A stretch of 64,000 bases of DNA, taken from the NCBI RefSeq assembly GCF_963921235.1, contig NC_086107.1:111106001-111170000 (forward strand), given 5' to 3'. Under the pieces are notes generated by a model. That model saw only the letters and a list, made by a program, of their open reading frames with translations, was not told where the DNA came from and made no database searches. Positions 11,421 through 24,577 of this stretch are shown piece by piece. This DNA comes from Mobula hypostoma. Lineage: Eukaryota. Made by a program: the position numbers and the translations under genes. Position 1 is the first letter of the stretch. Each line of letters starts with the position of its first letter.

Positions 11421-12599
11421 ACCCACAGACATACTGAGATTATCACTGGAAGGAGAAGCAGCAGCAGATCAAATGCCAGCCAACTGCGAATCCTCAGTAG
11501 CCCGTAGATTCAGAAAAGAGAAAGGGAGTCCCACAGGCCAAAGACTGGAAGTGGAATCCGAAGTGAAGATGTTAATGTCTTCACAGTTTTTTGTTAGCCA
11601 AGGGAGGTCAATGGTTTCCTAGCAACTGCATTAGCTAGCTCATGGGTGAGAAGCCATGGGATCGGTCCTGCTGAGTTTCATAGTCACAAAGCCCAGAAGA
11701 ATAGATAAATTCCTTCAGTATTCTTTCACAAACGTGACAGATGAACAAATTACTTCCTCTGCTTTCCTACTCCTACTGCATTTCTATAAGATGGGTTGTC
11801 CATAATTCAGATTGGGTGGTGATGGACAACAGGCAAGTCGCCTTGAACTGCTAGCATCCGCCGTTTCGAACATGCCGCTCATTAACATTTGGTGAGATGG
11901 GTTCAAAGGATTAAGGGTGAGCAAAATAAACCCATCGTTGACTTTGACCAGCAGAAGATGTCCAAAGCTTATCATTTTTTTGCTGGCTTTTGAAATGTGA
12001 GGCAAGAGGAGAACAGTAGCTATCCTTTGAGTGACCGACAAAACAGGATAAGCCATTCATCAGTGGTTGGTGCATCCTTTTGAAGAATTACAACATTAGA
12101 GTGGAAAGAAAGCCAATAGAAAGGAAGTTTGTTCAAGGAGTTACTGGAAGCTTTCATGTAAAAAAAGAAATCAATTCTACAGGTAATATGTGTACCTGGT
12201 ATAGTAATGTGGGCTCTGGTATAATTAGAGAAGATTATCTTAAAATTGCATCACATTCAACTAAGTAGCAAAAAAGTTTTCTAAAGTCTCTGCAAGTAAT
12301 ATAACACAACCAATTGTTACTAATATAATAGTCTTTATTGAGATCTTTCCTTTGAGAAACATACCCCTGTGATTTTATTATGTTGGGTCTCCTTTCTCGC
12401 CAGCATCTGCTATGTTGCCAAAGTCTAGACAAATTCCATGTACTATAGAGTGATATATTTGTTGTTGTAAGGGTTAAGAGTTAAAACATTAATGCCAGAA
12501 ACCTCAGAAACCTCTGTACAATGTATCCATTTAGCTGAGTGCACTGAGTTTGGGTTGCTTTCAACTTTGCCGCATTACGCTTGTTAGTAGCCCGAAATG

Positions 12600-13630
12600 C
12601 TGGAAAACCTGCAGATGATGGAAATCCAGAGCAACACATACAAAATGCTGGAAGAACTCAGCGGGTCAGGCAGCATCTACGGAGGGAAATGAACAGTCAA
12701 TGTCTCGGGTCAGGACCCTTCCTCAACCCAAAGTATCAACTTTGCATTTCCTCCCACAGATTCTGCCTGACCTGCTGAGTTCCTCCATCATTCTGTTCGT
12801 TGCCCCTTTATTCTGACTAGGGCACTCCTAACAACACCATGCCTAGAACAGTTAACCCTCTAGCTTCATTTGAAGTAAACACCATGAGCTGTGAGCAACA
12901 ACTGATTGGAACTTGAGCTTAGGAGGGAAGTCTAGGGAGGTCTTGGGTCTGATGGAAAGGAAAATTTTGGGTGAATTGAATTATTCACAAGTGCTAGGGA
13001 CATTGAAGGGTGTAGAAAACTCAGATCAAATACAGTATCTGGTCCATGGTTGACAGATTTAGTGGGCTCGATGATATCCTCTTGACTGTAAGGTTTTGAT
13101 CAGTGATTGAAACATGATCAAAGTATAAGAGATTGGAAATTAGGAACAAAAGCTGAAGGAATACAGTGGAACACACACAAGATGCTGGAGAAACTCGGCA
13201 AGTCGGGCAGAAAGAAATGATGAGTCAATATTTTGTACCGAGACCCTTCACCAGTCCTGATGATGAGTTTGGACCTGAAACATCGACTCTTTATTCCTTT
13301 CCATAGATGCTGCCTGACCTCCTGAGTTCCCCCAGCATTTTGTGTGTGTATGCGTTACTCTGGATTTCCAGCATCTGCAAAATCTCTGTTGTTTAAGAAT
13401 TTCCAGGCAAATGATCGCTGACCTGAACCCTTAATCCTAACTTCTTTCTGCAACTCTGAGTGTCTGCAGCAGGAGAGAGAAAAGCTGAACAGAAATTGAC
13501 CAACATGACTACCGCTCAGGATCGGGGCACTGATTATTTTCTGATAAGAGATAACTGACCCGAAGATTTAATTCTCTTTCTTTCCACAGACGCTGCCTTG
13601 CTTGTTGACTTCTCTTTGCATTTTCAGTTT
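12600..13630. repeat. Cluster of inverted (head-to-head) Penelope terminal-repeat fragments
   Basis: 12600-12805 and 13168-13390 each carry gatgctgg..gaactc and the reverse complement gagttcc..cagcat; a third, more decayed pair lies at ~13455-13625. Confidence 0.65.
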
Positions 13631-13883
13631 TCATTTCTTTAACTTTGCATGCTTACACTGTCTAGATCTACACTTGCTATTGGCTGGCACCAATTGCCTG
13701 AATTTGGCCCCACTTACTGTATCATGAGTAGCGTGGGCAGGTTGTAGACTGGATGTGGCTGGCATCGAACCCACCTTCGAATAGAGCCTCCAATTGTCCA
13801 GGTGCCCTCCAACCACGAGAAGGCAAAGATAAGTATTTCCATCTCAGACCTAAGGTGGACCTCTACAGCTCAGTCAGAGAATA

Positions 13884-14516
13884 TGCATTCGGTGGCTGCC
13901 TTATGAGGTGCAGGACTGGAAACTCGATGTGGCCTTCAGCTCCTGTAGCTCGTCCACGTCAAGGTTCAACGTGTTGTGCATCCAACGATGCTCTTCTGCA
14001 CACCACTGTTGTAATGCATGGCTCTTCGAGTTACTGTCGCCTTCCTGTCAGCTTGAACCAGTCTGGCCATTCTCCTCTGACCTCTCTCATTAACAAGGCG
14101 TTTTTGCCTACAGAACTGCCGCTCACTGGATCTTTTTCGTAATGCACGTTCCTGTCGGCTTGAACCGGTCCAGCCATTCTCCTCTGACCTCTCTCATTAA
14201 CAAGGCATTTTCGCCCACAGAATTTTTCACACTCACTGGATTTTTTTTTTGTAGAGACTGTTCTGCATGAAAATCCCTGGGGATCAGCAGTTTCTGAGAT
14301 ACTACTCAAACCACCTCATCTGGCGCTAACAATCACTCCACAGTCAAAGTCACTCAGGTCACATTTCTTCCCCATTCTGATGTTCGGCCTGAACAACAAC
14401 TGAACCTCTTGACCCTGCCTGCATGCACTGAGTTGCTGCCAGATGAATGACTGATTAGATATTTGCATTAACAAGCAGGTGTACAGGACTACCTAATGAA
14501 GTGGCCACTGAGTGTA
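13884..14516 (-). mobile_element. Tc1/mariner non-autonomous remnant with ~108-bp internal tandem duplication
   Basis: Minus peptide ISETAD..GFS..TVS...CGRKCLVNERGQRRMA (Tc1 HTH); TIR acctaatgaagtggccactgagtgta; 14041-14140 repeated at 14149-14250. Confidence 0.8.
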
Positions 14517-14844
14517 CTTATGTAATGATTAAGGAATTAGACTGATAGTGTAATAGATGTAGATTGAAAGGTTTCCATAGCAACTAGATTGTTAAAGCAG
14601 CTGAAACCATAAATCCAACTGATTCATTCATCTTCTCCATTGAAGGAGGCTTGGCACCTTCATTGGCCCTGGGAGCTCATGTCCCACGCAAGGCACTGAT
14701 ATTTTCTTTTTCTTCTGTCTGAAGGGAAAACAAGTCATGGGTAGGAAATGCACCACTTGTGAGTGGAAAATAATTTCACTGAGACTGGGTGCACCAGTAC
14801 TCTATACAATGCAAGAAGAAATGGAATTTGTTGCCACAGGCGGC

Positions 14845-15645
14845 TCCTGATCTTCGGGATTGAAAGGCTTATCATATGAGGAGTGTTCGGTGGCTCTGGG
14901 CCTGAACTCACTGTAATTCAGAAGAATGAGGGTGGAATCTCATTGAAACCTATCGAATGTTGAAAGGCCTCATTGGAGTGGATGTGAAGAGGATGTTTCC
15001 TATGGTGGGAGAGTCTAGGACCAGAGGACACAGCCTCAGAATAGAGGGGCATACTTTTAGAACGGAGTTCAGAAGGAATATCTTTAGCTAGAGAGCGGTT
15101 AATCTGTAGAATTTGGTGCCACAGGTGGTTGTGGAGGCCAAGTCATTGGGTAGATTGAAGGCAGAGTTTGATAGATTTGTGATTAGTCAGGGCATGAAGG
15201 GATATGGGGAGAAGGCAAGAGATTACCTTATTACCCCTTACCCCTTCTCTTTTCCTCACCTGCCTATCGCTTCCCTCTGGTGCCCTTCCTCCTTCCCTTT
15301 CTACAGTGGTCCTCTCTCCTCTCCTATAAGATTCCTTCTTCTTCAGCCTTTTATCCTTTCCAATTATCACCTCCTAGCTTCTCATTTCATCCTCTCCTCC
15401 CCACCCCCCTACCTTCTCCTTCACCTGGCTTCACCTGTCACCTGCCAGCTTGTCCACCTTCCCCTGCTCCCCACCTTCTTATTCCGGGTTCTTCCCACTT
15501 CCTTTCCAGTCCTGATGAAGGATCTCAACCCAAAACAGCGAGTGTCCATTCCTCCTCATAGATGCTGCCTGGCCTGCTGAGTTCCTCCAGCATTTCGCGC
15601 GTGTTGCTCTGCGTTTCCACCATCTGCCGAATCTCTTGTGTTTAT
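14845..15645 (+). mobile_element. CR1 3' fragment (14845-15220) fused to Penelope pyrimidine-rich tail and terminal repeat (15222-15645)
   Basis: CR1 peptide motifs, then ctcctctcctataagattccttcttc...gtcctgatgaagg...gatgctgcctggcctgctgagttcc. Confidence 0.8.
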
Positions 15646-15917
15646 GAAGCTGGGTTGCATAGTTCTCCTCACAAAGTGTGTCTGGTCTCTTTCTCCAGCA
15701 ACAGTTAATCACAGAGCAAACATCCTTAAATGAAAGCATTCTCAAAAAGTCTTGTTGTGGTTTCATGCTGCAGAATTTCCCCAGATCCTCATTGTCATTA
15801 CATTCACCCCATATGCCCACATCAGACTCTCCCCTGAGGAAAGACAACGAGCCTAGTGTTTGCTTTCTTTCAGTGGCCTCTCCGCATGTGGGATACCGCT
15901 GTAAATAATAATAATAG

Positions 15918-16270
15918 TGCGCCACCGTAGCTTAGCGGTTAGCGCCGACGCTATACAACTTGAAGCATCAGAGTTCAGAGTTCAATTCTACCTCTGTCTG
16001 GATGGCGTTTGTATGTCCTCCCCACAAACGTGCAGGTTTCCTCTGGGTGCTCCGGTTTCCTCCCACATTCCAAAACTGTACCGATTGGTAGACTAAGTTG
16101 CCATTGTAAATTGTCCCGTGAAAAAGAATTTCAGGATGTATATTGTATACATTTCTCTGACATTAAATGTACCTATTGAAACCTATTGATTAGGCTCAGG
16201 TTAAATAGGTGGGTGCCGGGGGGTGCTGCTCGTAGGGCCGGAAGGGCCCAAACCACACTATATATCTAAA
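15918..16270 (+). mobile_element. V-SINE/HE1-like SINE
   Basis: tagcttagcggttagc head and ggtttcctctgggtgctccggtttcctcccaca core; short LINE tail inserted at ~16121-16189. Confidence 0.8.
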
Positions 16271-17462
16271 ACATAAGAAATAAATGTAATATATTAAAAT
16301 AAATCAAACCCTTGGCTTTTATCAACCTACCTTAGGGATTCTGGAAGGAGACATGCAAACTACTCTCTACCTGTTGGCATCAGCTGCCATGCCAACTTCA
16401 GTGGTTGCCCAACCTGAGCTCAGGACTTGCTCGTGAATTTCCTGGGACACTCATCACGTTTGTTTATTGGACTTTCAATGGTGATTGCATGGAAACTCCA
16501 GAACCTTCCCATGAACACACTTGTAATGAACCCAGTAAAGAACTTCACCTTAGATCTGCTTTTTCTCCCCCAGCTCAACTTTGATCACCAGGAGGGGCTC
16601 AGCAAAGAAGGTTGGCCCGCTGGTGCTAGCACTGTTAGATGTTTTGGCAGTAGCCGTAAGATCTTACCCAGATTTCTGCTTTGCAAAGTTAACTTTGTCC
16701 TACAAATGAACAAATGACAAGTGATGAATAATTATTGGTATCTTTTAGAGTCATAGAAAAATACTGCACAGAATCAGGCCCTTCAGCCCATCTAGTCCAT
16801 GCTGAGTCATTTAAGCTGCCTACTCCCATCAACCTGCACTGGGACCATAGCCTCCATACCCCTACCATCCGTGTATCTATCCAAACTTCTCTTCAACGTT
16901 AAAGAAGTTTTAAATAATTTTTCACTCAGGCTACTCATATATATTTGTGATCCTCGGCTTAACAATTTCAAGCCAGAACGGGCCAAGAGTTATATTTAAC
17001 AGTAGATGAGATTGACGAGATCAGAAAACTATGACTATCACATACTATGTGAAGTGTACTGCAAACAGTGTAGTTTGTGGGACTGGGACTATATATTGGG
17101 GAGCTGCTACCAAAACACAATGAGAGCTCTTCAAGATTCGAACTTTTATTTATCACAGGTACATCGAAACGTACAGTGATATGCATTGTTTGCATTAATA
17201 GCCAACTTGAAGCATCGGAGTTCAGGGTGGATTGGGTTCGGCACCCAAATGTCGCCAAACATTCTGGCACCAGAATAGCATGCCCACAGTCCTCACAGAA
17301 CTACACAGAACCCAACAAGCAATAAAACAACAGCAGCAAAAACGAGCACCTTGATTTTCATAGAAAGATTTCTTTTTTAAATGATCAAAATATCTTGCAT
17401 GGTTTACGTATCACCATGCTTACAGGGTTTAGACAGAAAAATAATGTACGTTTCCTATCAGA

Positions 17463-17760
17463 GTGTCATGCTGGTGTAGTGGTTAGCGTGATGCTATTAC
17501 AGCTCGGGGGGTCAGAGATTCGAGTTCAATCACAGCGTCCTCTGTAAAGGAGTCGCAACATCCTCCCTGCGGAACGCGTGGGTTTTCTCCGGGTACTCTG
17601 GTTTCCTCCCACAGCCCAAAGACCTACTGGTTAGTAGGTTAATTGGTCATTGTAAATTGTCCCGTGATTAGGTTAGTGTTAAATCTGGGGGTTGTCAGAG
17701 GTTGCGTGGCTCAAAGGGCCAGAAGGGCCTATTCCGTGCTGTATTGCTAAATAAAATAAT
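17463..17760 (+). mobile_element. V-SINE/HE1-like SINE
   Basis: tggtgtagtggttagcg A-box, gagttcaatc B-box, V core, gggccagaagggcc tail. Confidence 0.85.
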
Positions 17761-20700
17761 ACATGGGTTATATCTAATTGGAAGTTTCTTCAACATGCGT
17801 GTTTGAAAGTGTGTGTGTGCGCGTGTGTGTATGTATGTGTGTGCTGTAAGCAAGTGTGTGAATAAGGAATACTCTATGTACAAGCTATATGCAGTAACTA
17901 AAATAAAGACTGGAATAGATCCCTCAGAATATAGAGGACACCTTTTGTAACTTCTTCAGGGAGGTGTGGGTTACACGGATTAGCCATCGCTGGCTATCCT
18001 GCACAGCTTGTAACTGAACTTCTTTTGGACCACGAGTACTTGTGGTAATGGTTGGCACTTATTCGTATAATGTGGGGATTTCAGTTTTACTTTAGCAGCG
18101 AAGAAGCAAAGGCAATATATTTCCATGCAGAGGTGCTGCCTGATTTGAAGGTAATAGTGTCTTTTTGCCCTCGTTTTTAGCAGTATAGTCTGGCACTGAA
18201 ATCACTTGGACTGACAGAGTCAATTGGATTAACATCTGGAAAGTGATGAAAGGAAAACACGTTAAAAGTTGGCTTATGTCATGTAGTTACATATCAACTC
18301 TCTAGCCAACGTAGAGTTAAAATGCTGATTAGTGTGAATCCACTATACAATTCCTATAAATGCGGATAGTTTTGTCGGGGTGCCATATTTTTGGAGCCAT
18401 ATTTTTCCAGACACAATGTATTTTCAAGTAAAGTAATTGTGCGGACCTGGGCATTGCTCTGGCAGCGCTGGCTTTGATTTGCCCATCCTCGGTTTCTCTG
18501 GAGGAGACAGCGTTGAGCACCAGTGTAAACTGCTACAGTCCATTCGATGAAAGATGTTGCTGCAGTGCTGGTTGATAGTGGGTTGACAAATGTGAGCATT
18601 TGACTGGCAGAGGATGAGGCCAATAGTTATCTGTGTAAAGCCAATAATTATAGGAGTATCAAGATGCCAGGAATGATATTAGTAGTTATCATATTATGTA
18701 CATAGGACTTGTGGTGGGAGCCTTAATGTAACAACAACCTCTTCATCAATAGTTTTCTTTTTGGATTTTGCTCTTTTTGTAAATTATTAAATTTAGAAAT
18801 AGATTTCAATTAAGACTTTTAATAAAACAATATGGGGTGTACTGAATATATTCTTTAAAGGTTGTGTTATGAGTTGTTTACACTTTTGAACAATGAGCAA
18901 AGAGGGAGTTCTCTCTCTCTCTCTGGTCGTTAACTTTCCAAGTATATGTGAGATTTCAAAAAAAGATGTACAACAGGCAGGCTTCATGACCTGAGCCACT
19001 GAAATACATTCGTGAAATTTACTTGAAATTGATAATGTATATTGTGTGATTTTTAAAATTGAGAAAGGTTGGCTGTAAGACACTTAAGAATGTCAAAGTT
19101 GACTGAAGGACCCCAATGATCTGCCATATTGGACCGTGCAGTGATTGGCTTCCATCATTGCTTTTACTGATTACTTGATTTCTCATTTTGAAATGCATGG
19201 TTCCTTTAAAAGAAATCTTTCCTGATATCCATAAATAGCCTCATTCTAAATGTATTTTAATAGTGTTTGGTCACTATCTTGTGAGTGCTCTTGTGTTGTG
19301 CTGTGTCTATCAGCATCACGTACCTGTGCACTTCAATGTGGCAGCTGAGGCGTCCATATTTTTGCCTGAAAATAACTGTCCATAAGAAGGGGTCGAAACT
19401 CAGCAGACGTACCAAGAATTAGTCAAGCTCAGAACCTGAGAAGGACATGAATGGGCTGTTGACATATGGTGCAGTATGTGGCTGGATGTTCTTGAAAGGG
19501 AAATGTACTCCTATCTAAAAGTAATTCAGTAAGCTACATCTGCAATATTCCCTCCTAGCTTTGAACATACTGTATCAGCCATTGTTCTTGAGAACATTTA
19601 ATAAAGATGATTTGAGAGTTCTCACTCTGTAGGTACCAGCACCTTGCATGCTTCATTCTTGCCTGCCGACAACGATAGTGTTTGTCCCAGATTGTATTTT
19701 GTCCAGAGATTGCAAAAATTCTGATACTGTCAATAGACCATAAACTTGTACTGAACAATTATGCACTTTATTTGGTGGGTCTCACTGGAGTTGTGTGCAT
19801 GCAGGCAAGAAGGAAGATGATCATTTGGACTCCTCTAACATACAGAAGCATAAATTTCAGGACCTTGGACAGAGTCACCAGTCTGACCTGTGTCCCCAGT
19901 TGTAAGACTGACTTCTTTAGTTTGGGCCAGGCAGTTTTAATATCATGCTAGTTTCTCTTCGAACTAGAAGACATGCTTCTATTGGACCCACTGGGGGGGT
20001 GGGGTTCGTCTAGCCCTATCGATTGAATGCAGCCTTGTCTGTCGGTCTCGACCTCCGACTATGAGAGTGAACCTTGTGTTCCGACAATTCGGTTCCTGCA
20101 CTATGTAATGCAAACATTTTCTACAGGATGAACATGGTGTGCTCTCTCCAGCCTTTGAGCAATTTGTGGCGGCATCTTTTCCATCCCAAGAGTCCTGTCG
20201 CCCTCCACTGCAGTCAGCCACGTTGCGTCTTTCTCTCTCTCTTCCTTCCACTTCCCGGTCCGGTCATCCCTTTTCTGGTCAGCTGTGACCCAGTGAATCC
20301 CAACACGCAGCCAATGTGTCTTCCCTCACTCAGCCATGTTCCCCACTGCACCGAGACCCACTTCAATGTAATAACGCCGTCTCCTTGAGGGTATAGTGTA
20401 CATTTGCATATATGAATGAGATATGTATGACGGTACGCGTGTTGATGAGTACCTATCTGTGTATATGTGTGCATCTACATACAAGTATGGTATACATGTG
20501 TAAAGGAGTACAACTGTGTGTCTACAAATGCATATACATGTGCCTGGATTGTAAATTAATGTCTCATGCTAATAGATACCTCTTGGTATATATGTATGTT
20601 GTCTGTGGTCAAGCCAGGGGTGGGGGCCCTCTTCTTCTGATTCTGGGCTTGTCTGTAACTATCCATTTTATGGTTTGCTGTTGACCTGCTCATAACTAAG

Positions 20701-23287
20701 TGAACAGATTTAGCGGGATTTGAGAAGGCGGGGGGGGGGGGTGCGGCTTCTGCCTGCGATGGACAGGGCAGCCAGCCCTTAATGCTCTGCACCTACCCTG
20801 TGCCACCAAGGCACGGTGGGCCCGACTTTTAAGCGTTGGCCCTTTGCTTTGTGCATGCTGAGACTGAGCTCTGCAAATTCTTTTATTTTGATTTTAACAG
20901 AATAAATTTCTCCTGGTCAGCCTGTTGAGCTGGTAGTGTGCTTTGCTTCAGTAGTCCATTTCCTTCAGGTAGAAGTCATCTGGTTGACACAACCATTTCC
21001 CCTTCCGAAGTCCACCAAATTTTACGGCAGGCTGATCAAGGCAGGGGATTAATTTTTGATGCACGACGTTTAAAGGGCATTTATTTCAAACCCTCCCCAG
21101 GTGCCCTGTCTCCGCACCCGGCTCGGCCGACCCTGTTGTACGGGGAGGCTCGCTGCACGTTTCGGGCGAGGGTTATATCGAAGGCTGCTCCTCGCTTCTC
21201 CCCCCTTGCCTGCGGAGGGATTGACCGTGCCAACCATTCCCTGTGTGTCTGCTCTGCCCCTCCCTGTCGCCACACTACATTGCTCCAAACGAATAGCACA
21301 AGGCAGAGAGCTTTAAAAAAAAACAGCCATCCAGGCAACGCCAGAGCAGCATTTTGAAAATGGAGCCCAAAGCCATTTTAGTTTAAGGAAGAAGCATTTT
21401 ATTAAGTCAAACTTTTTAAACAAGGTATATACAGTTCATGGGGGGTATCAATATCAGTGTTAGGTAGCTTTATAGTTCAGTGTTTAATTTGTTGCTTGTA
21501 TATACATATATCAGGAATTTAGATAGCTGAGAACGTTTTTTTTTAATTACAGCTCCAATATGCTTATTGACTGGAGGAGGGTGGGTGGAACTATCAAGGG
21601 TTGTGAGGGGCCCTGCCCCAGGGCAAAAGGGCTCATGCCCAGAATTTGGCCTTGGTTTTTCAAATAGTCCAGCCCTCCTCCGACAGTTGTTGAGGTTTTA
21701 AATCAGGTACAGAGATGAACTATGCTGGGTGTGTTATGTGAGATCACTTTAGAAATAACCTTCCCTTCGCTGAGTTTGTGATGGCATTTTTTTCTATGCT
21801 GAAATGCTTAGGGACTTGAAGTGGAAGCTTTCCTTTCAAAGAACAGTAACACACTACCCTCAGCAAAATTTGAATTAAATATTGAAAACTCCAGTCAGTG
21901 ACAGTCCATCTCTGTTGAAGGTCTTTGGGTTTCCTTTTCATTCCAATCTGCTCCGGCCCCCATGCCTTCACAAGTAACTTTCTTTCATCTCAGCAGCTAT
22001 GATTCGTGAAGTCTAATCCAATGCAAAGTCAACTGCGTTGTGTGTTAAGTGTTGAGTTATCTTAGACTTCAGGCTTCATAGCTTCAGAGAGGCACAGTGT
22101 TAGAGTTAAGTCACAGTTTCAATCAGAAGACGGTCTCTGAAGTTTACTGTTTAAAATAATTCTGAAGATGATCATGACCTTCCACTGGACAGGATGATAT
22201 TTTTAACTGGGTCCTCTCTTGCCTTTTGGCCTCACACCCAGTGCCATTCTGTAATCCAGTGAGGAAGAGGTGTACTGTCGCTGAAGTCAACACTAAAACT
22301 TACCCATCTTTCTGCCCTCAGCAATGATGCTAACCTAATAGGTAGGACCACGAAGTGGGTGTCCTATCCTGGTCACTTGAGGGCTTTGGGTCAGGAGACA
22401 CTTTCCACGTGCTGCGCTTTGCGGCCGCTTTGAACCCTATTGTTTTAAATAGGCACGTGACCTGGGAGTGTGTTACACAAATAACTATTAATTGGAGTTT
22501 ACCAGCCATCAGTTAGCTGGGTAAGGGACAAGCAGAAAGCACTTGGAGGAACTATTTCTGAAGTTAACCTATTTGACATAACAATCCCAAAGACGGCTGA
22601 AGGCTAAGCAAGCTCACATTATGATATCTATTGCTGCTTTGCTCTTGAAGTTCCCTTATCTGTTATTTTTTAGAGATACTAGCACCTTTGATTAAATAGA
22701 CGCTTAATGAGATTGTGTTGCTGGTATCATATTGTCTCCTTAAAGGAATCAATATGAACAGAAGAAAGACTATTCTTAGGCCGGTTGGGAAGGGGACAGA
22801 AAAGGGAGCTTGGAGATTGTGGAGAGGATGTTTTTATGGCGTTTTACTGGGCAGCAATTGTTTTGAGAATGCCCTTTGGCTCAAAAAAGCAGATTACCTT
22901 TCAATCCTCTCACACTTGAATTCGATGTACGTTGAACTCTAGGTGCCCGGAGAAGGGGGCAGGTGAGGGTGAGGGGTTCCACGCGTCAACCTGTTCAGAG
23001 CAGGCAGGGGAGACCTTCTGCTTGACTTCCTCCCGAAAGTCATATAGTCCACCTCTGTCACTTTATTTGGAAACAGAAAATGGGGGTAATTCCCCTCCCC
23101 CAAAAATTACAAAGAATGGGAAGTGAGAGACTAATTGTTGGATCTTTTTTCCACGATGTTTTCCTCTGTATATAAATACGGTGCGGATGTTTTAAAAATA
23201 CACAGGACATTGCTATGTAAAAATCTGTACATAGAGAAAGATTCTTTTTTCTATTGGAAATCATTTCTTGTTACTTTATATTCAAAA

Positions 23288-23293
23288 AATAAA
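23288..23293 (+). terminator. Candidate distal poly(A) signal AATAAA
   Basis: Preceded by TGTATATA (23167) and TGTACATA (23226), followed by CA dinucleotides and gtctttctttgaatatgtgagttt; repeat density jumps right after ~23450. Confidence 0.55.
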
Positions 23294-23659
23294 GTCTACA
23301 ACACTTCAAAATGCTAACATGTCTTTCTTTGAATATGTGAGTTTGGTCATAAAACCATCCACCGAAAACAAATCTCATGCTTCTCCTAACATCTGAGTAT
23401 TCCACGGATTTAGGATGTCCCTCCTCCCACCCTTTGTGGAAAATGTTAGAGAGAAAGATTAGCTTTATTTGTCACATAGAACATAGAACATAGGACATAG
23501 AACAGTACAGCACAGTACAGGCCCTTCGGCCCACAATGTTGTGCCGACCCTTAAACCCTGACTCCTATATTACCCCCACCTTAAATTCCTCCATATACCT
23601 GTCTAGTAGTCTCTTAAATTTCAGTAGCGTTCACCATTGAAACATTGAAACGTGCGTTA

Positions 23660-24215
23660 TTTTCCGCTGGCCAACTATTTTAATTCCTATGCCCATTCCC
23701 ATTCCGACATGTGAGCTATAACCACCTCTTTCACCACAATGAAGCCACTCTCAGGGTGGAGGAGCAATACCTCATATTCTGTCTAGGTAGCCTCCAACCT
23801 GATAGCATGAACGTTGATCTCTCCTTCCAGTAATTTTTCCTCGTCCCCCTTCCCTCTTCTTCTATTCCCCAGTCTGGCTTCTAACCTCTTCTCCTCACCT
23901 GCCTATCACCTCCCCCTGGTGCCCCTCCTTCTTCCCTTTCTCCCACGGTCCACTCTCTCCTCCTATCAGATTCCTTCCTCTCTAGTGCTTGACTTGTCCC
24001 ACCCAACTGGCTTCACCTATCACTTTCTAGCCTGTCCTCCTTCCCCTCCCCCCAACTTCTTATTCTAGCAACCTTTCCAGTTCTGAAGAAGGTTCTCAGC
24101 CTGAAACGTCAACTGTTTGTTCATGTCCATAGACGCTGCCCGACCTGCTGAGTTCCTCCAGCATTTTATGCGTGTTGCTCCGGATTTCCGGCATCTGCAG
24201 GAGCTCTTGTGTTTA
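23660..24215 (+). mobile_element. Penelope 3' fragment (GIY-YIG end and terminal repeat)
   Basis: gaagccactctcagggtggaggagcaatacctcatattc...cagttctgaagaaggttctcagcctgaaacgtcaactg. Confidence 0.8.
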
Positions 24216-24577
24216 TTATGCAGTGAAACGCAACATTTGCGTCAAATCAGATCTGCAAGGATCGTGCTGGGGGCAGCCTGCATGTATCGGCACCCTTCCA
24301 GCGCCAATATAGCATGCCCAAAACTCACTGACCCTAATTGTACGTCTTTGGAATGTGGGAGGAACCCAGAGCACCTGGAGGAAAGCCACCGGTCCTAGGG
24401 TAAATGTACAGTCTCCTTCCTGACAGTGGCAGGAATTGAACCCTGATCTTTCAGTGGTGCTGTAATAGTGTTACACTAACCACTACTGTGCCGTCCTTAC
24501 AAGTATTAGTCAATCTTCTGTGTTCTCCAACATCCAAGCCTGAATCCAATTTGAATCGGTACTTCTCTTGAATTATG

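Larger units (their letters stand above)
6125..23315 (+). other. grin2b: Putative very long grin2b 3' UTR
   Basis: No splice-supported coding exon downstream. A repeat-poor block at ~17900-23350 ends in UGUA motifs, AATAAA and a U/GU-rich tract. Mammalian GRIN2B has an unusually long 3' UTR. Extent is inferred. Confidence 0.5.

Noticed and set aside
17463..17540. tRNA gene-like A/B boxes here and at other SINE heads (e.g. 33600-33680, 52415)
   Set aside because: They continue into SINE bodies and no complete cloverleaf is evident.
20938..21357. 139-aa ORF in the repeat-poor block
   Set aside because: Non-ATG start, no recognisable domain; explained by locally higher GC.
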